Part shown: positions 38,991 to 51,621 of the stretch, one piece after another
Numbering within the stretch: the stretch's first letter is position 1
Layout of the letters: every line of letters starts with the position of its first letter
From: Mesotaenium endlicherianum
Lineage: Eukaryota
NCBI GenBank assembly: GCA_009602735.1
Contig: WELA01003365.1
Location: forward strand, 195,384 to 259,383
DNA: 64,000 nucleotides
Direction: 5' to 3'
The notes under the pieces: model-generated
Told to the model about the DNA's origin: nothing
Databases searched by the model: none
What the model saw: only the letters and a program-made list of their open reading frames with translations
Translations under genes and position numbers: made by a program

Positions 38991-39535
38991 AATTGAAGGT
39001 TTGATAAGTGGTCCAATTGGCCAATTTCACATGTGCCGTATTTGATCGACAAACCTAAGCCTGGTAAAGGCTTCTTCTTGCAAAGCAAGCTTCATTGCAA
39101 CAGGTTGTAGCTGCTACATTTACCCACCCATCCACCCCTCTAACCCCCCTCCACTGGGAGGTGCACGAGTCAAGCTCAAGCTGAAGTTTGTGCCAGCATC
39201 AGTAACAGCCATGCACATTAGAGTGGTTTTGTTATCGTATGTCTATTGACAGTAACCTGGGGCAAAAGTTTGGTGGCCAACCTCAACACAGCAAGAGCAC
39301 CAACTTTTGTTGCGAAAGTCTCATCTTCGTACAATTGCACAAGGATCAAGGTGTTTTTAAGAATATTGAATGTAGTTGTCTTAACTTAGTAAAGTGGATA
39401 TGAGTGTAGCAACATGTAGAGTAAGCATTAGATCACACCAGATGGCGCACAATTGTTGCATGTTATTATTCCTAATAGTTTTCAATAATTACCTCTCTTT
39501 TAAATCCAGGCAATTTAATGGCGAATTCTCAAACC
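38985..39535 (+). repeat. Dispersed repeat R, copy 3
   Basis: Colinear with 8820-9360. Confidence 0.8.
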
Positions 39536-40641
39536 ATCAAGTTAACAGTACATAAATATTGCCAGGAATATGATAAGCATGACTACGAATGTGCCTTGCC
39601 ATGGCCAACCATGGACTTTTCAGCCTAGTTATGGGATGCTCGCGTATTGGTTCACGACTGACGTATTACACTATGTACTTTGACGTATTTTCAATACTTA
39701 AACTACGCGTCCCGACGAGGTGAAAATGAATTTTTGACGATTTGAAAATGTAACATTGATTGTTTACTTTCACCACCTCCATTGAAATGAATCGACTTAC
39801 CAAATAGGCGATTAACAATTAATAAAGATCTTTATATCAGCAAGTAATCTTTATGGTATTTCCGTTAACTCGTTTAAACGGCAAAGGACAATACACTAGC
39901 AGGGAATACTACTCGTCAGTCAAATGAGAGTAAACTAGCATCAATAATGCAAATCAGTAAACTCATACATAAGCAAGGTTAGAAGACAGTGTGTATCAAT
40001 GGCTTCTCGCCTTGGATTCAGATCTCTCTCAGTAAGCTGTACAAGAGAGTTGGCCTCGTTTCCGAATGCCGAACTCGAGAGCAATGCCTAGCATATGTAC
40101 ATGGAATGAGTTTACTGTTCAACGGTCAGTGCGATGGCACCGCCTACCCGGGAGTTAACCACGTTGGTAGGACCTCGGTTAACCAAATCCACCGCCATCT
40201 CCCATCATCCCGAATAGCCATCCATCATAGGGATGTCATCTGGCCATTCATCTAGCATATCGCACTTAGATGCATATCAAGGCAGTTCGCTGCTACCGAG
40301 TACGGAAGTCAGCTGGCTGTCAAAGAATGTGTCAGCAAGCTGACTTAAGTTGACTTCAGCCTGCTGCTTTTGGCCGAGTCATTAAACTGATAATTATGTA
40401 AAGTCCAGCAGACTGATTATTAACTAAAGTTCAGCAGACTGACTACTAACTAAAGTTCAGCAGGCTGAACTAAATTAACTATTATATTTAAATGAATATT
40501 ATATCTACTAATATACTGATTCATTACAATCCCTCCAACTTAACTTGTTGTCGCCTCGACAACATTAAACTGCAAAAGCTTTAAATAAAGAAACTGACCC
40601 TGACCAGCCTCCCTTACTGACTATCTTTTCAGCCTGTCACC

Positions 40642-42318
40642 TTAAGGGGTGGTTCCTGGGGCTTCAGGATCAGGGGACGGAGATCTGGACCTAGATCTGG
40701 ACAGCCCTCTAGGTCTGTCAGCTGGCCTTCTAAAGAACCCGGTTTGCTCTAAAGTTGGACCTCGAGGAGAACGAAGGATGGTAGCCTGCTCTTCAACCAC
40801 TTGGGTGTTGATGCCCACATAGACAGGCATTCCAGTAGGATGCTGAAATACATTGGCTAGAGGTACATGCCCCTGAGCGGAGGGGGAGGCTGGCATACCT
40901 CTGGCCCACCCGCGTGTCCCTCTTCTGGCACCCCTGTCCTCTGGGGATTTCTGCCTGTGTCTGCTGCCCAATACAGTCAGATCAGCTTCTTCCCCTGCTT
41001 GGGCAGGTGGGCTGGGGGAGCGAGCGCGGGGTCCAGTTGTCGCCATAACGGGGATCACATTCCAAACACCTGATCGTGGTTCTTTAGGAAGCGCCCCTAC
41101 CTGTCCCTGGGTATCCTGAGTACCTGCTGCTGATGCTTCTCCTCTGCCCTGTTCTTCTTCCTCAGCCTCCTCATCCTCCTCCTCGGAGAGAGTAGGGGTC
41201 TCGTCCACTAAGTCGTCCTGCTCCCTAGTAGACATGGAGTAGTCTACCGACCTCCCTTTCTTAGGGCGCGCTGGAGGTTGCTTGGCCTTCAGCCTACTGA
41301 TATCTATCCGGCCTGCATTCTTTGCCCATTTGACAAAGGCATGCTTTCCCTTAGAGAAGTAGTCTCTTCCCCTCCTCCTATGTTCCTTGGTCTCTGCATT
41401 CATATTGCTCAGGCATTCATTCAGCCTGGGGTCCCAAGGGGCAATGTGAGGTGGTAGGATGAGATAGCCGTCTAGGCCATAGTGGAAGTCATCCGGTTGG
41501 GCTCGATCACACTCCTACTTCTTGTTTGTGACGGTCATCCACCTCCAGTCTGTTGGCTGCTGGTAGTACTGGGGTCCGTGCTCAGCCTTCCTCAGTTTAC
41601 ACGGGAACCAGTGGGGAGAGAACATCTGCTGTCCTGCTTCCCTGGCCAAGTACTCCCAGCTCCTTCTCTCAACTTCATTGTAAGCTGGCAGGAGTGTGAG
41701 GTAGAATACCGTATCCTTAAAGCTATCGGGCCGCATGCTCACCATCCGGATGAGTCTCTGATCTCCCACTATTCCCGGTATGGGGACCGGCTTGTCCTCT
41801 GAATCATCTGCGAGATACCGGGCCTGCTCTGCTGTATAGCCCACCATCTTAGCATAATCTTCGTAAAGGACCACGCCGGTGTGTGTCTCGATGTACCTGT
41901 CCAGTGCTGTAGCTCCTTCCTTCTGTAGCAGTGTTGTCTGTTCCAGCCTGTTGATCTCCTGGGCTGCCAGCAATGCTTCCTTCAGGTTATCGAAGTTTTG
42001 GCCACCCACCACAGTATACCTGTAAGTGGCCAAGCTCTTCTGTCTGTCCGCTTCAATCTTTTTTCTTTTCTCCTCTTCTGCCGCTGCCGCTTCTTCTTGC
42101 TGTTTCTTCTGTCTCTCCTCCTCAGCCTTCCTGAGGTTTTCCGCTTCCTGATCCTTCTTCCTCTGTGCCTCTTCTGCCGCCTCTTGTTGCTTGCGGACCC
42201 TTTCTTGTTCTCTCCTGGTGAGGGACGTCGCCGCCAGCTCCTTCTGGTATTGCTCCATTGTCCTCCTGGCTTCTTCTGCCTTGCGCTTTCTGTCCTCCTT
42301 TTGTGTGGTGGGCGCCAT
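40642..42318 (-). pseudogene. A3 accessory ORF3, type II (558 aa, single CAG>TAG stop at 41515-41517)
   Basis: Same length (1677 nt) as A4 ORF3, which has CAG at this codon. Confidence 0.9.
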
Positions 42319-42585
42319 CCTGCACATGTAACCAGGGCACAAGTTAGTAGGATATGGACCTTTGTCATAGGGATTGCAGGAAGTATGTTAGTATTTAGTA
42401 TAGTGGCTTCGCTGCTGTTTACCTTACAGGATGATTGCTAAAAGTTGACGTAGTTGCGATGCGCTACACATAAACGTATGAGTGTGTTTTTATCGCTCTC
42501 GCTCACTAACTGTCATATATTTTCCCCTCCAACTTAAATGGAGACAGGACCGCCTGTCACCTTCCCGTGTCAACTGAAATGACAG

Positions 42586-45500
42586 TTATGGAGGGACTCC
42601 AGCGGCCCGAAGGTGGAACCGTGTCAACGCCCCTTTGGCATTGGTCAAGTGGTCCTTAAACTCCCAAGTGTCCCCAGAGGCATCGTAACCCTTCCATCGA
42701 ATGAGGTATTTCATGACATATTTAGACGATCGACGGACCGAGCGAGCGTCTAAAATCTCATCGACCTCATATTCCTCAGGGTCGCCGTCCCGGACAGCGG
42801 GGACCGGTCCCGGTTGGACAGGGAACCGACCTGTGAACAGTGTATCACCTTTGATGTACGGTTCCAGGAAGGAGACATTAAAGACCGGGTGCCCCTTGTA
42901 TTCAGCTGACATGTTCAGTTTGTAAGCATTCTGACCGACACGACGGACCACCGAATATGGACCGACCCAGACAGGGCCAAGCTTTTTCTTGACCACACCA
43001 GGGAGGTACAGGTGCTGAGAATGCAGTTTGACTAAATCCCCCTTGGAAAATGTCAGTTCCCGACGGTGTTGATTAGCGTATTTTTGTTGGTTTTCTTGGG
43101 CCGTGTGCAAGTTTCGTTGGACTTCTGACAGGGTGTCAGCAAACTCCTGAGTTAACTGGAGGGAGACCGGGTTGTCAATCCCTTCAGGGTGAGTTAAAGA
43201 TTCCCCTAGCACATCTAGAGGAGACTTAGGGACTCTACCCAGGCTGAGTTCAAAAGGAGTTTTGCCCGTTGACGCGTGCACCGCACTGTTGACCGCAAAC
43301 TGAATTTGAGGCAACAGGTCATCCCAATTATCTTGTTTTTGGTTAATATATGCTCTCAGCACCTCCTGCAGAACTCGGTTAGTTCTTTCAGTCTGCCCAT
43401 CAGTCTGAGGGTGGTTTGCTGTGCTGAGCAGCTGTTTGACTCCCATTAACCCCATTAAAGCTCTCCAGAACTTAGAGGTGAATTTTGAGTCTCTGTCTGA
43501 GATGATATTAGAAGGGAGCCCATGTTGGCATACTACATGGTTGTAAAACTGTCTCGCTGTTTCGAGTGCAGTCACTTTGACAGTTGTGGGGATAAAAATG
43601 ACCATTTTTGTCAGTTTATCCACGACTACCAGTATTGAATCATGCCCGTTGGCAGTTCTTGGTAGTGAGACCACCCAGTCCATGGATATAGTTTCCCAGC
43701 GTCCCGCTGGGATGGGTAGCGGTTGCAAGAGACCTCCGGGTGGTGTGTGCCGAGACTTATTTCTCTGACACTGGTCACAGGACTTGACATATTTCAAGAC
43801 CTCCCGGGGTAACCCCTCCCAATGATAATGTTTTGCCAGTTTGCCAACAGTTTTGGCCTGCCCCAAATGTCCACCCAGGAGACTGTCATGAGCTTGACTC
43901 AGTAAGAGAGACCTTATTTCCAAGTTATTAGGAATGACCAGCTTCAGCCTGCCTGAAGTGGTTTCAGTCACCCAGACCCCTCCCTTGAGCTTATACCCGA
44001 GTGCAGTAGCACGACACACACCAGTAGTGGGGCTGGGCTCAAATGTTGGGTCAGAAAGGTAGGCTTTCCTAAGTTGTTCAAGGAAGGACTTTTTCACCTT
44101 TAGTGAAGTGAGTGCACACAGGACTTTATCTACAGCATGCTGACTAAAGTTCCTTTCTTGCAAGTCAGGTCTTCTAGAGAGTGCATCAGCAGGATTCAAC
44201 TTCCCTGGTTTGTAGTCGATCTGGACTTGGAACTGCTCCAGCATCTGGCTCCAGCGGTTCTCCCTCCTCGACAGCTTGGACTTCTTCTGAAAGTGGGTCA
44301 GAGCTAGATGATCTGTAATCACCTTAAAAGCTTTACCATGTAAGTATGCTCTCCACTGTTTGAGTACATGAATGATAGCTAGCAGCTCTTTATCATGCAC
44401 TGAGTAATTAATCTCCGCTGGATTAAATTTCATAGACTCATACAACACAGGATGCCACTCCTGCCGTACCTTACCATCCTTTGTGGTTTTGTCAGCAGGC
44501 TGCAACAAAATAGCACCCATGGCAAAATCAGAGGCATCAGTAACCACCTGCACCGGTTTGCTGGGGTCATACACGGCTAGCACTGGGGCAGAACAAAGGG
44601 CATCTTTAAGGGTCTGGAAGGCAGCCTGCTGCTCTTCCCCCCACACATACCCGATGTCTTTCTTAGTAAGGTCAGTCAGTTTACTGGCCTTTGTGGAATA
44701 ATTCTCAATAAATCTCCTATAGTAGTTAGCCAACCCGAGGAAGGATCTAACTTCAGAGACAGACTGTGGTACTGGCCAGTCCCTTATGGTCTGGACTTTC
44801 TTAGGATCCACACTGATGCCCTCTTTACTGACAACGTGGCCTAAGAATTCAATACTTTCCTTAAAGAAATCACACTTGCTCATTTTAGCATACAAGTGAT
44901 TTTTCCGCAGAGTGTCCAGCACTTTCTTTAAGTGTTCAGTGTGCTGAGCTTCATCTTTAGAGAAAATTAAAATATCATCCAGGAAAACTTGCACAAACTT
45001 ATCCAAATAAGGTCTGAAAATGTCATTCATAGCACCCATAAAGGTAGCAGGAGCATTAGTCAGTCCAAATGGCATCACGTTGAACTCATAGTGTCCATAA
45101 CGTGTGCGGAAAGCAGTCTTGTGTTCATCCCCCTCAGCAATTCTGATTTGATGATAACCACTCTTGAGATCTATCTTACTGAACACCTTAGCGCCAGACA
45201 GGGTATCAAGCAAGTCCTCGATTCTGGGTAAAGCATACTTGTTCTTTACTGTAATTCTGTTCAGGGCTCTGTAATCCACACACATCCGCATACTGCCATC
45301 CTTTTTCTTAACAAATAGGATAGGTGCGCCGTACGGTGATTTACTGGGAGAAATGTAACCATTTTCCTCCAGCTCTGCAATCTGTGTTTTCAACTCCTCG
45401 CTCTCCAAATAAGACAAGCCATAAGTGCGTTGCCAGGGTGGCTGGCTACCAGGTAATAGATCAATCCTATGATCTACTTCCCTTTTAGGGGGTAGTCCTG

Positions 45501-46395
45501 GAGGCATGTTAAACACATCAGTGTACTGAGCAACAATTTTTGCAGCAGTAGGGTGCTCCGGAGGGCTTACCTTTTTCTCAACCACTTCTTCAGGTTGAGG
45601 AGGTACCTCTCTTAGCAGCAGACAGAACATTCTGTCTTCCTTCTGGTTCCAGCTTTTGACGAACTCCATTGCATTCAGCAACTTGCATCCTTCTGGAAGC
45701 CTCTTCTTTTCCTTCATTTGCCATCCACACAGGACAAGAGGAAGAGCACTGGTGGGTGCCAAGTCAGTCTGCCCATCACTGGCTCCTCTCACTTTAACTG
45801 TACCTCTGCTCCAACACACTTCAGCTTGATGTCTATTAAGCCAGGACCTGCCTAGCACGAGATCATAAAAGCCAGTGTTGAGTACCTCAAATGTAAGCGT
45901 TTCAGTTAGAACTGCAATGCCAGAACCTAACTGGACCTCAATAGGCTTGGTTATAACTCCTCCCGGGATACTTGAGGCATCTCCAAGGAATATTTTTCTA
46001 TTCCCTTGGGTGACAGTAGGCAGCCTTAGCCGCTTAACTAAGTCCTTGTGAATAAAAGTATGTGACGCCCCTCCGTCAACAAATGCCCTCACCTTCCTAC
46101 CTGCAATCATGCAATGCAGTAGGATAGGGGGGACTGTCTTTTCCTGACTTTCGCATTGTTCTCCTGACGTAGCAAAGAAATGTTGGACATCAGGTGGAAC
46201 AAGAGCATCCAGAGTGTGCACTCTCTGGACGTCTATATTACTGATGGTCTCCTTTATCTGTTTGTCAGGCATGCATAGTGAATCCAGTTCAGCAGGACCC
46301 ATAATACCTGCTACGAGGGCAGCTAGTGACGACTCACTATCTCTAGCATCCTCACAGTCAGTAGACTGGATTACTGACTGTTGCTGTCTTTTAAA
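42586..46395 (-). CDS. pol: A3 Pol (PR-RT-RNaseH-IN-chromodomain), entered by putative -1 frameshift
   Basis: 1238-aa ORF whose frame is open upstream to the slippery site. Motifs: VDGGA, FLDD, TDAS, HHCC, D-D-E, GPY and chromodomain EEYEVDEIL...YLIRWKGY...TWE. Confidence 0.96.
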   Translation of the reverse strand, partial: FKRQQQSVIQSTDCEDARDSESSLAALVAGIMGPAELDSLCMPDKQIKETISNIDVQRVHTLDALVPPDVQHFFATSGEQCESQEKTVPPILLHCMIAGRKVRAFVDGGASHTFIHKDLVKRLRLPTVTQGNRKIFLGDASSIPGGVITKPIEVQLGSGIAVLTETLTFEVLNTGFYDLVLGRSWLNRHQAEVCWSRGTVKVRGASDGQTDLAPTSALPLVLCGWQMKEKKRLPEGCKLLNAMEFVKSWNQKEDRMFCLLLREVPPQPEEVVEKKVSPPEHPTAAKIVAQYTDVFNMPPGLPPKREVDHRIDLLPGSQPPWQRTYGLSYLESEELKTQIAELEENGYISPSKSPYGAPILFVKKKDGSMRMCVDYRALNRITVKNKYALPRIEDLLDTLSGAKVFSKIDLKSGYHQIRIAEGDEHKTAFRTRYGHYEFNVMPFGLTNAPATFMGAMNDIFRPYLDKFVQVFLDDILIFSKDEAQHTEHLKKVLDTLRKNHLYAKMSKCDFFKESIEFLGHVVSKEGISVDPKKVQTIRDWPVPQSVSEVRSFLGLANYYRRFIENYSTKASKLTDLTKKDIGYVWGEEQQAAFQTLKDALCSAPVLAVYDPSKPVQVVTDASDFAMGAILLQPADKTTKDGKVRQEWHPVLYESMKFNPAEINYSVHDKELLAIIHVLKQWRAYLHGKAFKVITDHLALTHFQKKSKLSRRENRWSQMLEQFQVQIDYKPGKLNPADALSRRPDLQERNFSQHAVDKVLCALTSLKVKKSFLEQLRKAYLSDPTFEPSPTTGVCRATALGYKLKGGVWVTETTSGRLKLVIPNNLEIRSLLLSQAHDSLLGGHLGQAKTVGKLAKHYHWEGLPREVLKYVKSCDQCQRNKSRHTPPGGLLQPLPIPAGRWETISMDWVVSLPRTANGHDSILVVVDKLTKMVIFIPTTVKVTALETARQFYNHVVCQHGLPSNIISDRDSKFTSKFWRALMGLMGVKQLLSTANHPQTDGQTERTNRVLQEVLRAYINQKQDNWDDLLPQIQFAVNSAVHASTGKTPFELSLGRVPKSPLDVLGESLTHPEGIDNPVSLQLTQEFADTLSEVQRNLHTAQENQQKYANQHRRELTFSKGDLVKLHSQHLYLPGVVKKKLGPVWVGPYSVVRRVGQNAYKLNMSAEYKGHPVFNVSFLEPYIKGDTLFTGRFPVQPGPVPAVRDGDPEEYEVDEILDARSVRRSSKYVMKYLIRWKGYDASGDTWEFKDHLTNAKGALTRFHLRAAGVPP

Positions 46396-47849
46396 GGCTG
46401 GTCTTTTCTCTCGACCTTAGGCAGGTGCTTGACCGGACACTGTTCTCTGTAGTGGCCTTTCTGCTGACAATGGTAGCAAGTAGATTTTGCTGAGGCTGGT
46501 CTCGGCTTAGTCCTACCACCACCCCTTCCATAGCCACCTCGAGAGGGACCACCTCTACCTCTAGACTGAATAGCATTGTACTCATACTCATATTCATCAC
46601 CCTGATTATCCTCAGCCTGGTCTCCTTCAACTGCATTGTAGGAACCGTGGGGCTTTTTGACAATCTTAGACACCAAAGCGTTACTCTGGCGCTTGTGATT
46701 GAACTGCTGCTGATCCCAGGCGTCAGCATCCTGGATCAAGTCAGCCAGTTTCTCATACTTTTTCTCAGCAAAATGACCAGAGACCTCGGATTTCAAGCCA
46801 TACCTGAAGTATGCTATCCTATACCGTTCTGGCAAATCAGGCTGCTTCATCATGTTCTCTTGGAACTTTTGAGCAAACTCAGCAACTGAAGTGGTCTGCT
46901 TCAGTGTCAGGGAGATCATCGCATAGATAGCTTTCTCCTGCTGGTTGATGACATCAAACTTCTCATGCAACTTCTCGACAAACTCTACCCACGTAGGGTC
47001 ACCGAGTTGCCGAGCCTTACGCTCTTCCTTCCAGTAAAGCCACCAGTCTGCGGCACTGCCTTTCAGTAGCGCACCGGTGTGCCTGACCTTCTCGTAATCT
47101 TGCAGTTCTGGGTAGTTCTCCAGCCACTGCTCAACATCCGCGAGAAACTTGATCAGGTAATATTTTCTGTTTCCCTCAGGATCATAGTCCTGGGGAGGTT
47201 TCGGCTTGGGCTTACTAGGCCCTCGGCCACCACCACTAGTGGTGTGAGACCCCAGTTGGTCTCTGTCCCGGAGTAGGGACATTATGATTCTTTTGTCCTC
47301 CTGCTGGGACTGATACATGGTCGCCATTTGCGACTGCATCTGAACGAACAATGCTCCCAAGTCTACATTTTGGGGTGGTAGATTAGCAAATGCAGCAGCA
47401 GCATTGGCATCTACTCGCTGAGTAGTGTCCTCAACAATCCCTCTTGCTCCTGCAGCAGCAATTCCTGCCGCATTCAGCCGGTCACGTATTTGACCTAGGG
47501 GTACATTGAGTTGTACGGCAGGAGGTGGGTTCAGAACATTGGCCCTTGATGCCATAAGTTCTTCAACAGTGCGCTCGTCAGCTGGCTGTCCTTCCCTCCT
47601 TTGTATATCTTCAGCGGCCTTTGCTACTTGTTCAGCTTCTAGTCTGGCTATCTCCTCCTCAGCTTGCTGAGCTGCGACTGAGGCAATAGCAGCTGCCTCA
47701 TCTGCAGCCTCCCTAGCTGCAGTATCCGCTACTGCTTCCGAATAGGTACGGTTTCCCGCTACATGGCTTTCCGCCTGGTTTTCGACATTCTCGTTATCCT
47801 GGTTCTCCATGTCTCGGGAGTTGCTAGTTTGAGACCTTGTCCTTACCAT
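46371..47849 (-). CDS. gag: A3 Gag (492 aa)
   Basis: MVRTRS start, gag core, RGG-rich stretch and CCHC knuckle. Confidence 0.96.
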   Translation of the reverse strand: MVRTRSQTSNSRDMENQDNENVENQAESHVAGNRTYSEAVADTAAREAADEAAAIASVAAQQAEEEIARLEAEQVAKAAEDIQRREGQPADERTVEELMASRANVLNPPPAVQLNVPLGQIRDRLNAAGIAAAGARGIVEDTTQRVDANAAAAFANLPPQNVDLGALFVQMQSQMATMYQSQQEDKRIIMSLLRDRDQLGSHTTSGGGRGPSKPKPKPPQDYDPEGNRKYYLIKFLADVEQWLENYPELQDYEKVRHTGALLKGSAADWWLYWKEERKARQLGDPTWVEFVEKLHEKFDVINQQEKAIYAMISLTLKQTTSVAEFAQKFQENMMKQPDLPERYRIAYFRYGLKSEVSGHFAEKKYEKLADLIQDADAWDQQQFNHKRQSNALVSKIVKKPHGSYNAVEGDQAEDNQGDEYEYEYNAIQSRGRGGPSRGGYGRGGGRTKPRPASAKSTCYHCQQKGHYREQCPVKHLPKVERKDQPLKDSNSQ

Positions 47850-50125
47850 ACAAAGAAGACTGTGATAACTGCTCCGATACCACTGAAATGAATCGACTTA
47901 CCAAATAGGCGATTAACAATTAATAAAGATCTTTATATCAGCAAGTAATCTTTATGGTATTTCCGTTAACTAGTTAAACGGCAAAGGACAATACACTAGC
48001 AGGGAATAATACTCGTAAGTCAAATGCGAGTAAACTAGCATCAATAATGCAAATCAGTAAACTCATACATAAGCAAGGTTAGAAGACAGTGCGTATCAAT
48101 GGCTTCTCGCCTTGGATTCAGATCTCTCTCAGTAAGCTGTACAAGAGAGTTGGCCTCGTTTCCGAATGCCGAACTCGAGAGCAATGCCTAGCATATGTAC
48201 ATGGAATGAGTTTACTGTTCAACGGTCAGTGCGATGGCACCGCCTACCCGGGAGTTAACCACGTTGGTAGGACCTCGGTTAACCAAATCCACCGCCATCT
48301 CCCATCATTTCGAATAGCCATCCATCATGGGGATGTCATCTGGCCATTCATCTAGCAGGTGGTACTTAGATGCATATCAAGGCAGTTCGCTGCTACCGAG
48401 CACGGAAGTCAGCTGGCTGTCAAAGAATGTGTCAGCAAGCTGACTTAAGTTGACTTCAGCCTGCTGCTTTTGGCCGAGTCATTAAACTGATAATTATGTA
48501 AAGTCCAGCAGACTGATTATTAACTTAAGTGTTCAGCAGGCTGACTACTAACTAAAGTTCAGCAGGCTGAACTAAATTAACTATTATATTTAAATGAATA
48601 TTATATCTACTAATATACTGATTCATTACATTCATATAATAGAAGATTGAGTTCTTTACCATTTGCGATCCATCGTGCTCAAAATTCTAACCAAATTGAA
48701 AATGATAAGTCCTGCTAAAGTTCCGAGATCTTCGACAAATGTATTACACATGTATTTCCATTCTTTTAACACGTATTTTTGCGATTTGTATTCGTTATAC
48801 GTATTTTTCAAATACATATTTTATAAATAAGCTTTTCAACAAGCTAGTCGCTTTGGCAAATTACTTGGATTTTGTCTAGAAGAAATCCGTGGTGCCTATG
48901 AGCATTAATTTGGACGTTGAATTGGTGAAGAACAGGGCTGTTAAAAGTAATAATACGTCGGAAGCTGTGGTTTGAGTGTACGGTGCAAGCTGCTTTGAAC
49001 AACCTAAAGATTGCATAGAAATGAGACACACAGCGCTCAACGAAGACCAGAAATGAGAGCTATCACTTGCAAAGGACGCAGCTCCAAGCAGGAGACTTCG
49101 TATATTGAAAGCGGCAATTTCACCATCGACCTCGGCTCAAGATCAGCTAAATTTGTGACTTAAGCATACATTTGAGAATTGTAATGAATTAGGATACTGG
49201 TTGATATAATATTCATTTAAATAATATAGTTAATTAAGTTCATCCTGCTGAACTCTAGTCAACAATCAGTCTGCTGGACTTTACACTTCATATCTGTTTA
49301 ATGACTTGGCCGGAAGTAGCAGGCTGAGGTCACCTTAAGTCAGCTTGCTGACACATTCTTTGACAGCCAGCTGTAATGAATCAGTATATTAGTGGATATA
49401 ATATTCATTTGAATATAATAGTTAATTAAGTTCAGCCTGCTGAACTTTAGTTAATAGTCAGTCTGCTGGACTTTACATAATTATCAGTTTAATGACTCAG
49501 TAAAAAGCAGCAGGCTGAAAGTCCATATAAGTCAGCTTGCTGACACATTCTTTGACAGCCAGCTGACTTCCGTGCTCGGTAGCAGCAAACTGCCTTGATA
49601 TGCATCTAAGTACCACCTGCTAGATGAATGGCCAGATGACATCCCTATGATGGATGGCTATTCGAAATGATGGGAGATGGCGGTGGATTTGGTTAACCGA
49701 GGTCCTACCAACGTGGTTAACTCCCGGGTAGGCGGTGCCATCGCACTGACCGTTGAACAGTAAACTCATTCCATGTACATATGCTAGGCATTGCTCTCGA
49801 GTTCGGCATTCGGAAACGAGGCCAACTCTCTTGTACAGCTTACTGAGAGAGATCTGAATCCAAGGCGAGAAGCCATTGATACGCACTGTCTTCTAACCTT
49901 GCTTATGTATGAGTTTACTGATTTGCATTATTGATGCTAGTTTACTCGCATTTGACTTACGAGTATTATTCACTGCTAGTGTGTTGTCCTTTGCCGTTTA
50001 ACTAGTTAACGGAAATACCATAAAGATTACTTGCTGATATAAAGATCTTTATTAATTGTTAATCGCCTATTTGGTAAGTCGATTCATTTCAGTGGTATCG
50101 GAGCAGTTATCACAGTCTTCTTTGT

Positions 50126-51604
50126 ATGGTAAGGACAAGGTCTCAAACTAGCAACTCCCGAGACATGGAGAACCAGGATAACGAGAATGTCGAAAACCAG
50201 GCGGAAAGCCATGTAGCGGGAAACCGTACCTATTCGGAAGCAGTAGCGGATACTGCAGCTAGGGAGGCTGCAGATGAGGCAGCTGCTATTGCCTCAGTCG
50301 CAGCTCAGCAAGCTGAGGAGGAGATAGCCAGACTAGAAGCTGAACAAGTAGCAAAGGCCGCTGAAGATATACAAAGGAGGGAAGGACAGCCAGCTGACGA
50401 GCGCACTGTTGAAGAACTTATGGCATCAAGGGCCAATGTTCTGAACCCACCTCCTGCCGTACAACTCAATGTACCCCTAGGTCAAATACGTGACCGGCTG
50501 AATGCGGCAGGAATTGCTGCTGCAGGAGCAAGAGGGATTGTTGAGGACACTACTCAGCGAGTAGATGCCAATGCTGCTGCTGCATTTGCTAATCTACCAC
50601 CCCAAAATGTAGACTTGGGAGCATTGTTCGTTCAGATGCAGTCGCAAATGGCGACCATGTATCAGTCCCAGCAGGAGGACAAAAGAATCATAATGTCCCT
50701 ACTCCGGGACAGAGACCAACTGGGGTCTCACACCACTAGTGGTGGTGGCCGAGGGCCTAGTAAGCCCAAGCCGAAACCTCCCCAGGACTATGATCCTGAG
50801 GGAAACAGAAAATATTACCTGATCAAGTTTCTCGCGGATGTTGAGCAGTGGCTGGAGAACTACCCAGAACTGCAAGATTACGAGAAGGTCAGGCACACCG
50901 GTGCGCTACTGAAAGGCAGTGCCGCAGACTGGTGGCTTTACTGGAAGGAAGAGCGTAAGGCTCGGCAACTCGGTGACCCTACGTGGGTAGAGTTTGTCGA
51001 GAAGTTGCATGAGAAGTTTGATGTCATCAACCAGCAGGAGAAAGCTATCTATGCGATGATCTCCCTGACACTGAAGCAGACCACTTCAGTTGCTGAGTTT
51101 GCTCAAAAGTTCCAAGAGAACATGATGAAGCAGCCTGATTTGCCAGAACGGTATAGGATAGCATACTTCAGGTATGGCTTGAAATCCGAGGTCTCTGGTC
51201 ATTTTGCTGAGAAAAAGTATGAGAAACTGGCTGACTTGATCCAGGATGCTGACGCCTGGGATCAGCAGCAGTTCAATCACAAGCGCCAGAGTAACGCTTT
51301 GGTGTCTAAGATTGTCAAAAAGCCCCACGGTTCCTACAATGCAGTTGAAGGAGACCAGGCTGAGGATAATCAGGGTGATGAATATGAGTATGAGTACAAT
51401 GCTATTCAGTCTAGAGGTAGAGGTGGTCCCTCTCGAGGTGGCTATGGAAGGGGTGGTGGTAGGACTAAGCCGAGACCAGCCTCAGCAAAATCTACTTGCT
51501 ACCATTGTCAGCAGAAAGGCCACTACAGAGAACAGTGTCCGGTCAAGCACCTGCCTAAGGTCGAGAGAAAAGACCAGCCTTTAAAAGACAGCAACAGTCA
51601 GTAA
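50126..51604 (+). CDS. gag: A4 Gag (492 aa, identical protein to A3)
   Basis: ORF track translation; CCHC knuckle. Confidence 0.96.
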   Translation: MVRTRSQTSNSRDMENQDNENVENQAESHVAGNRTYSEAVADTAAREAADEAAAIASVAAQQAEEEIARLEAEQVAKAAEDIQRREGQPADERTVEELMASRANVLNPPPAVQLNVPLGQIRDRLNAAGIAAAGARGIVEDTTQRVDANAAAAFANLPPQNVDLGALFVQMQSQMATMYQSQQEDKRIIMSLLRDRDQLGSHTTSGGGRGPSKPKPKPPQDYDPEGNRKYYLIKFLADVEQWLENYPELQDYEKVRHTGALLKGSAADWWLYWKEERKARQLGDPTWVEFVEKLHEKFDVINQQEKAIYAMISLTLKQTTSVAEFAQKFQENMMKQPDLPERYRIAYFRYGLKSEVSGHFAEKKYEKLADLIQDADAWDQQQFNHKRQSNALVSKIVKKPHGSYNAVEGDQAEDNQGDEYEYEYNAIQSRGRGGPSRGGYGRGGGRTKPRPASAKSTCYHCQQKGHYREQCPVKHLPKVERKDQPLKDSNSQ

Positions 51605-51621
51605 TCCAGTCTACTGACTGT
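51580..51621 (+). promoter_or_regulatory. Putative -1 ribosomal frameshift signal (T_TTA_AAA, 7-nt spacer, 10-bp hairpin)
   Basis: tttaaaa gacagca ACAGTCAGTA atccagtc TACTGACTGT; the -1 frame is open from here into pol. Confidence 0.8.

Larger units (their letters stand above)
39783..48630 (-). mobile_element. Family A copy A3 (8,848 bp; intact gag and pol; ORF3 type II)
   Basis: LTRs at 39783-40528 and 47884-48630. TSD tccat/ttcat (4 of 5). PBS at 47871-47882; PPT adjacent to 40528. Confidence 0.96.

Noticed and set aside
48089..48355. 85-88 aa antisense ORF recurring in family A LTRs
   Set aside because: The recurrence is explained by LTR sequence identity. It has variable or non-ATG starts, no motif and no evidence of coding constraint.
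48631..49179. cgtatt-rich spacer between A3 and A5 (continuing 39640-39782) as a distinct element
   Set aside because: Only loose AT-rich motif repetition, with no definable ends.
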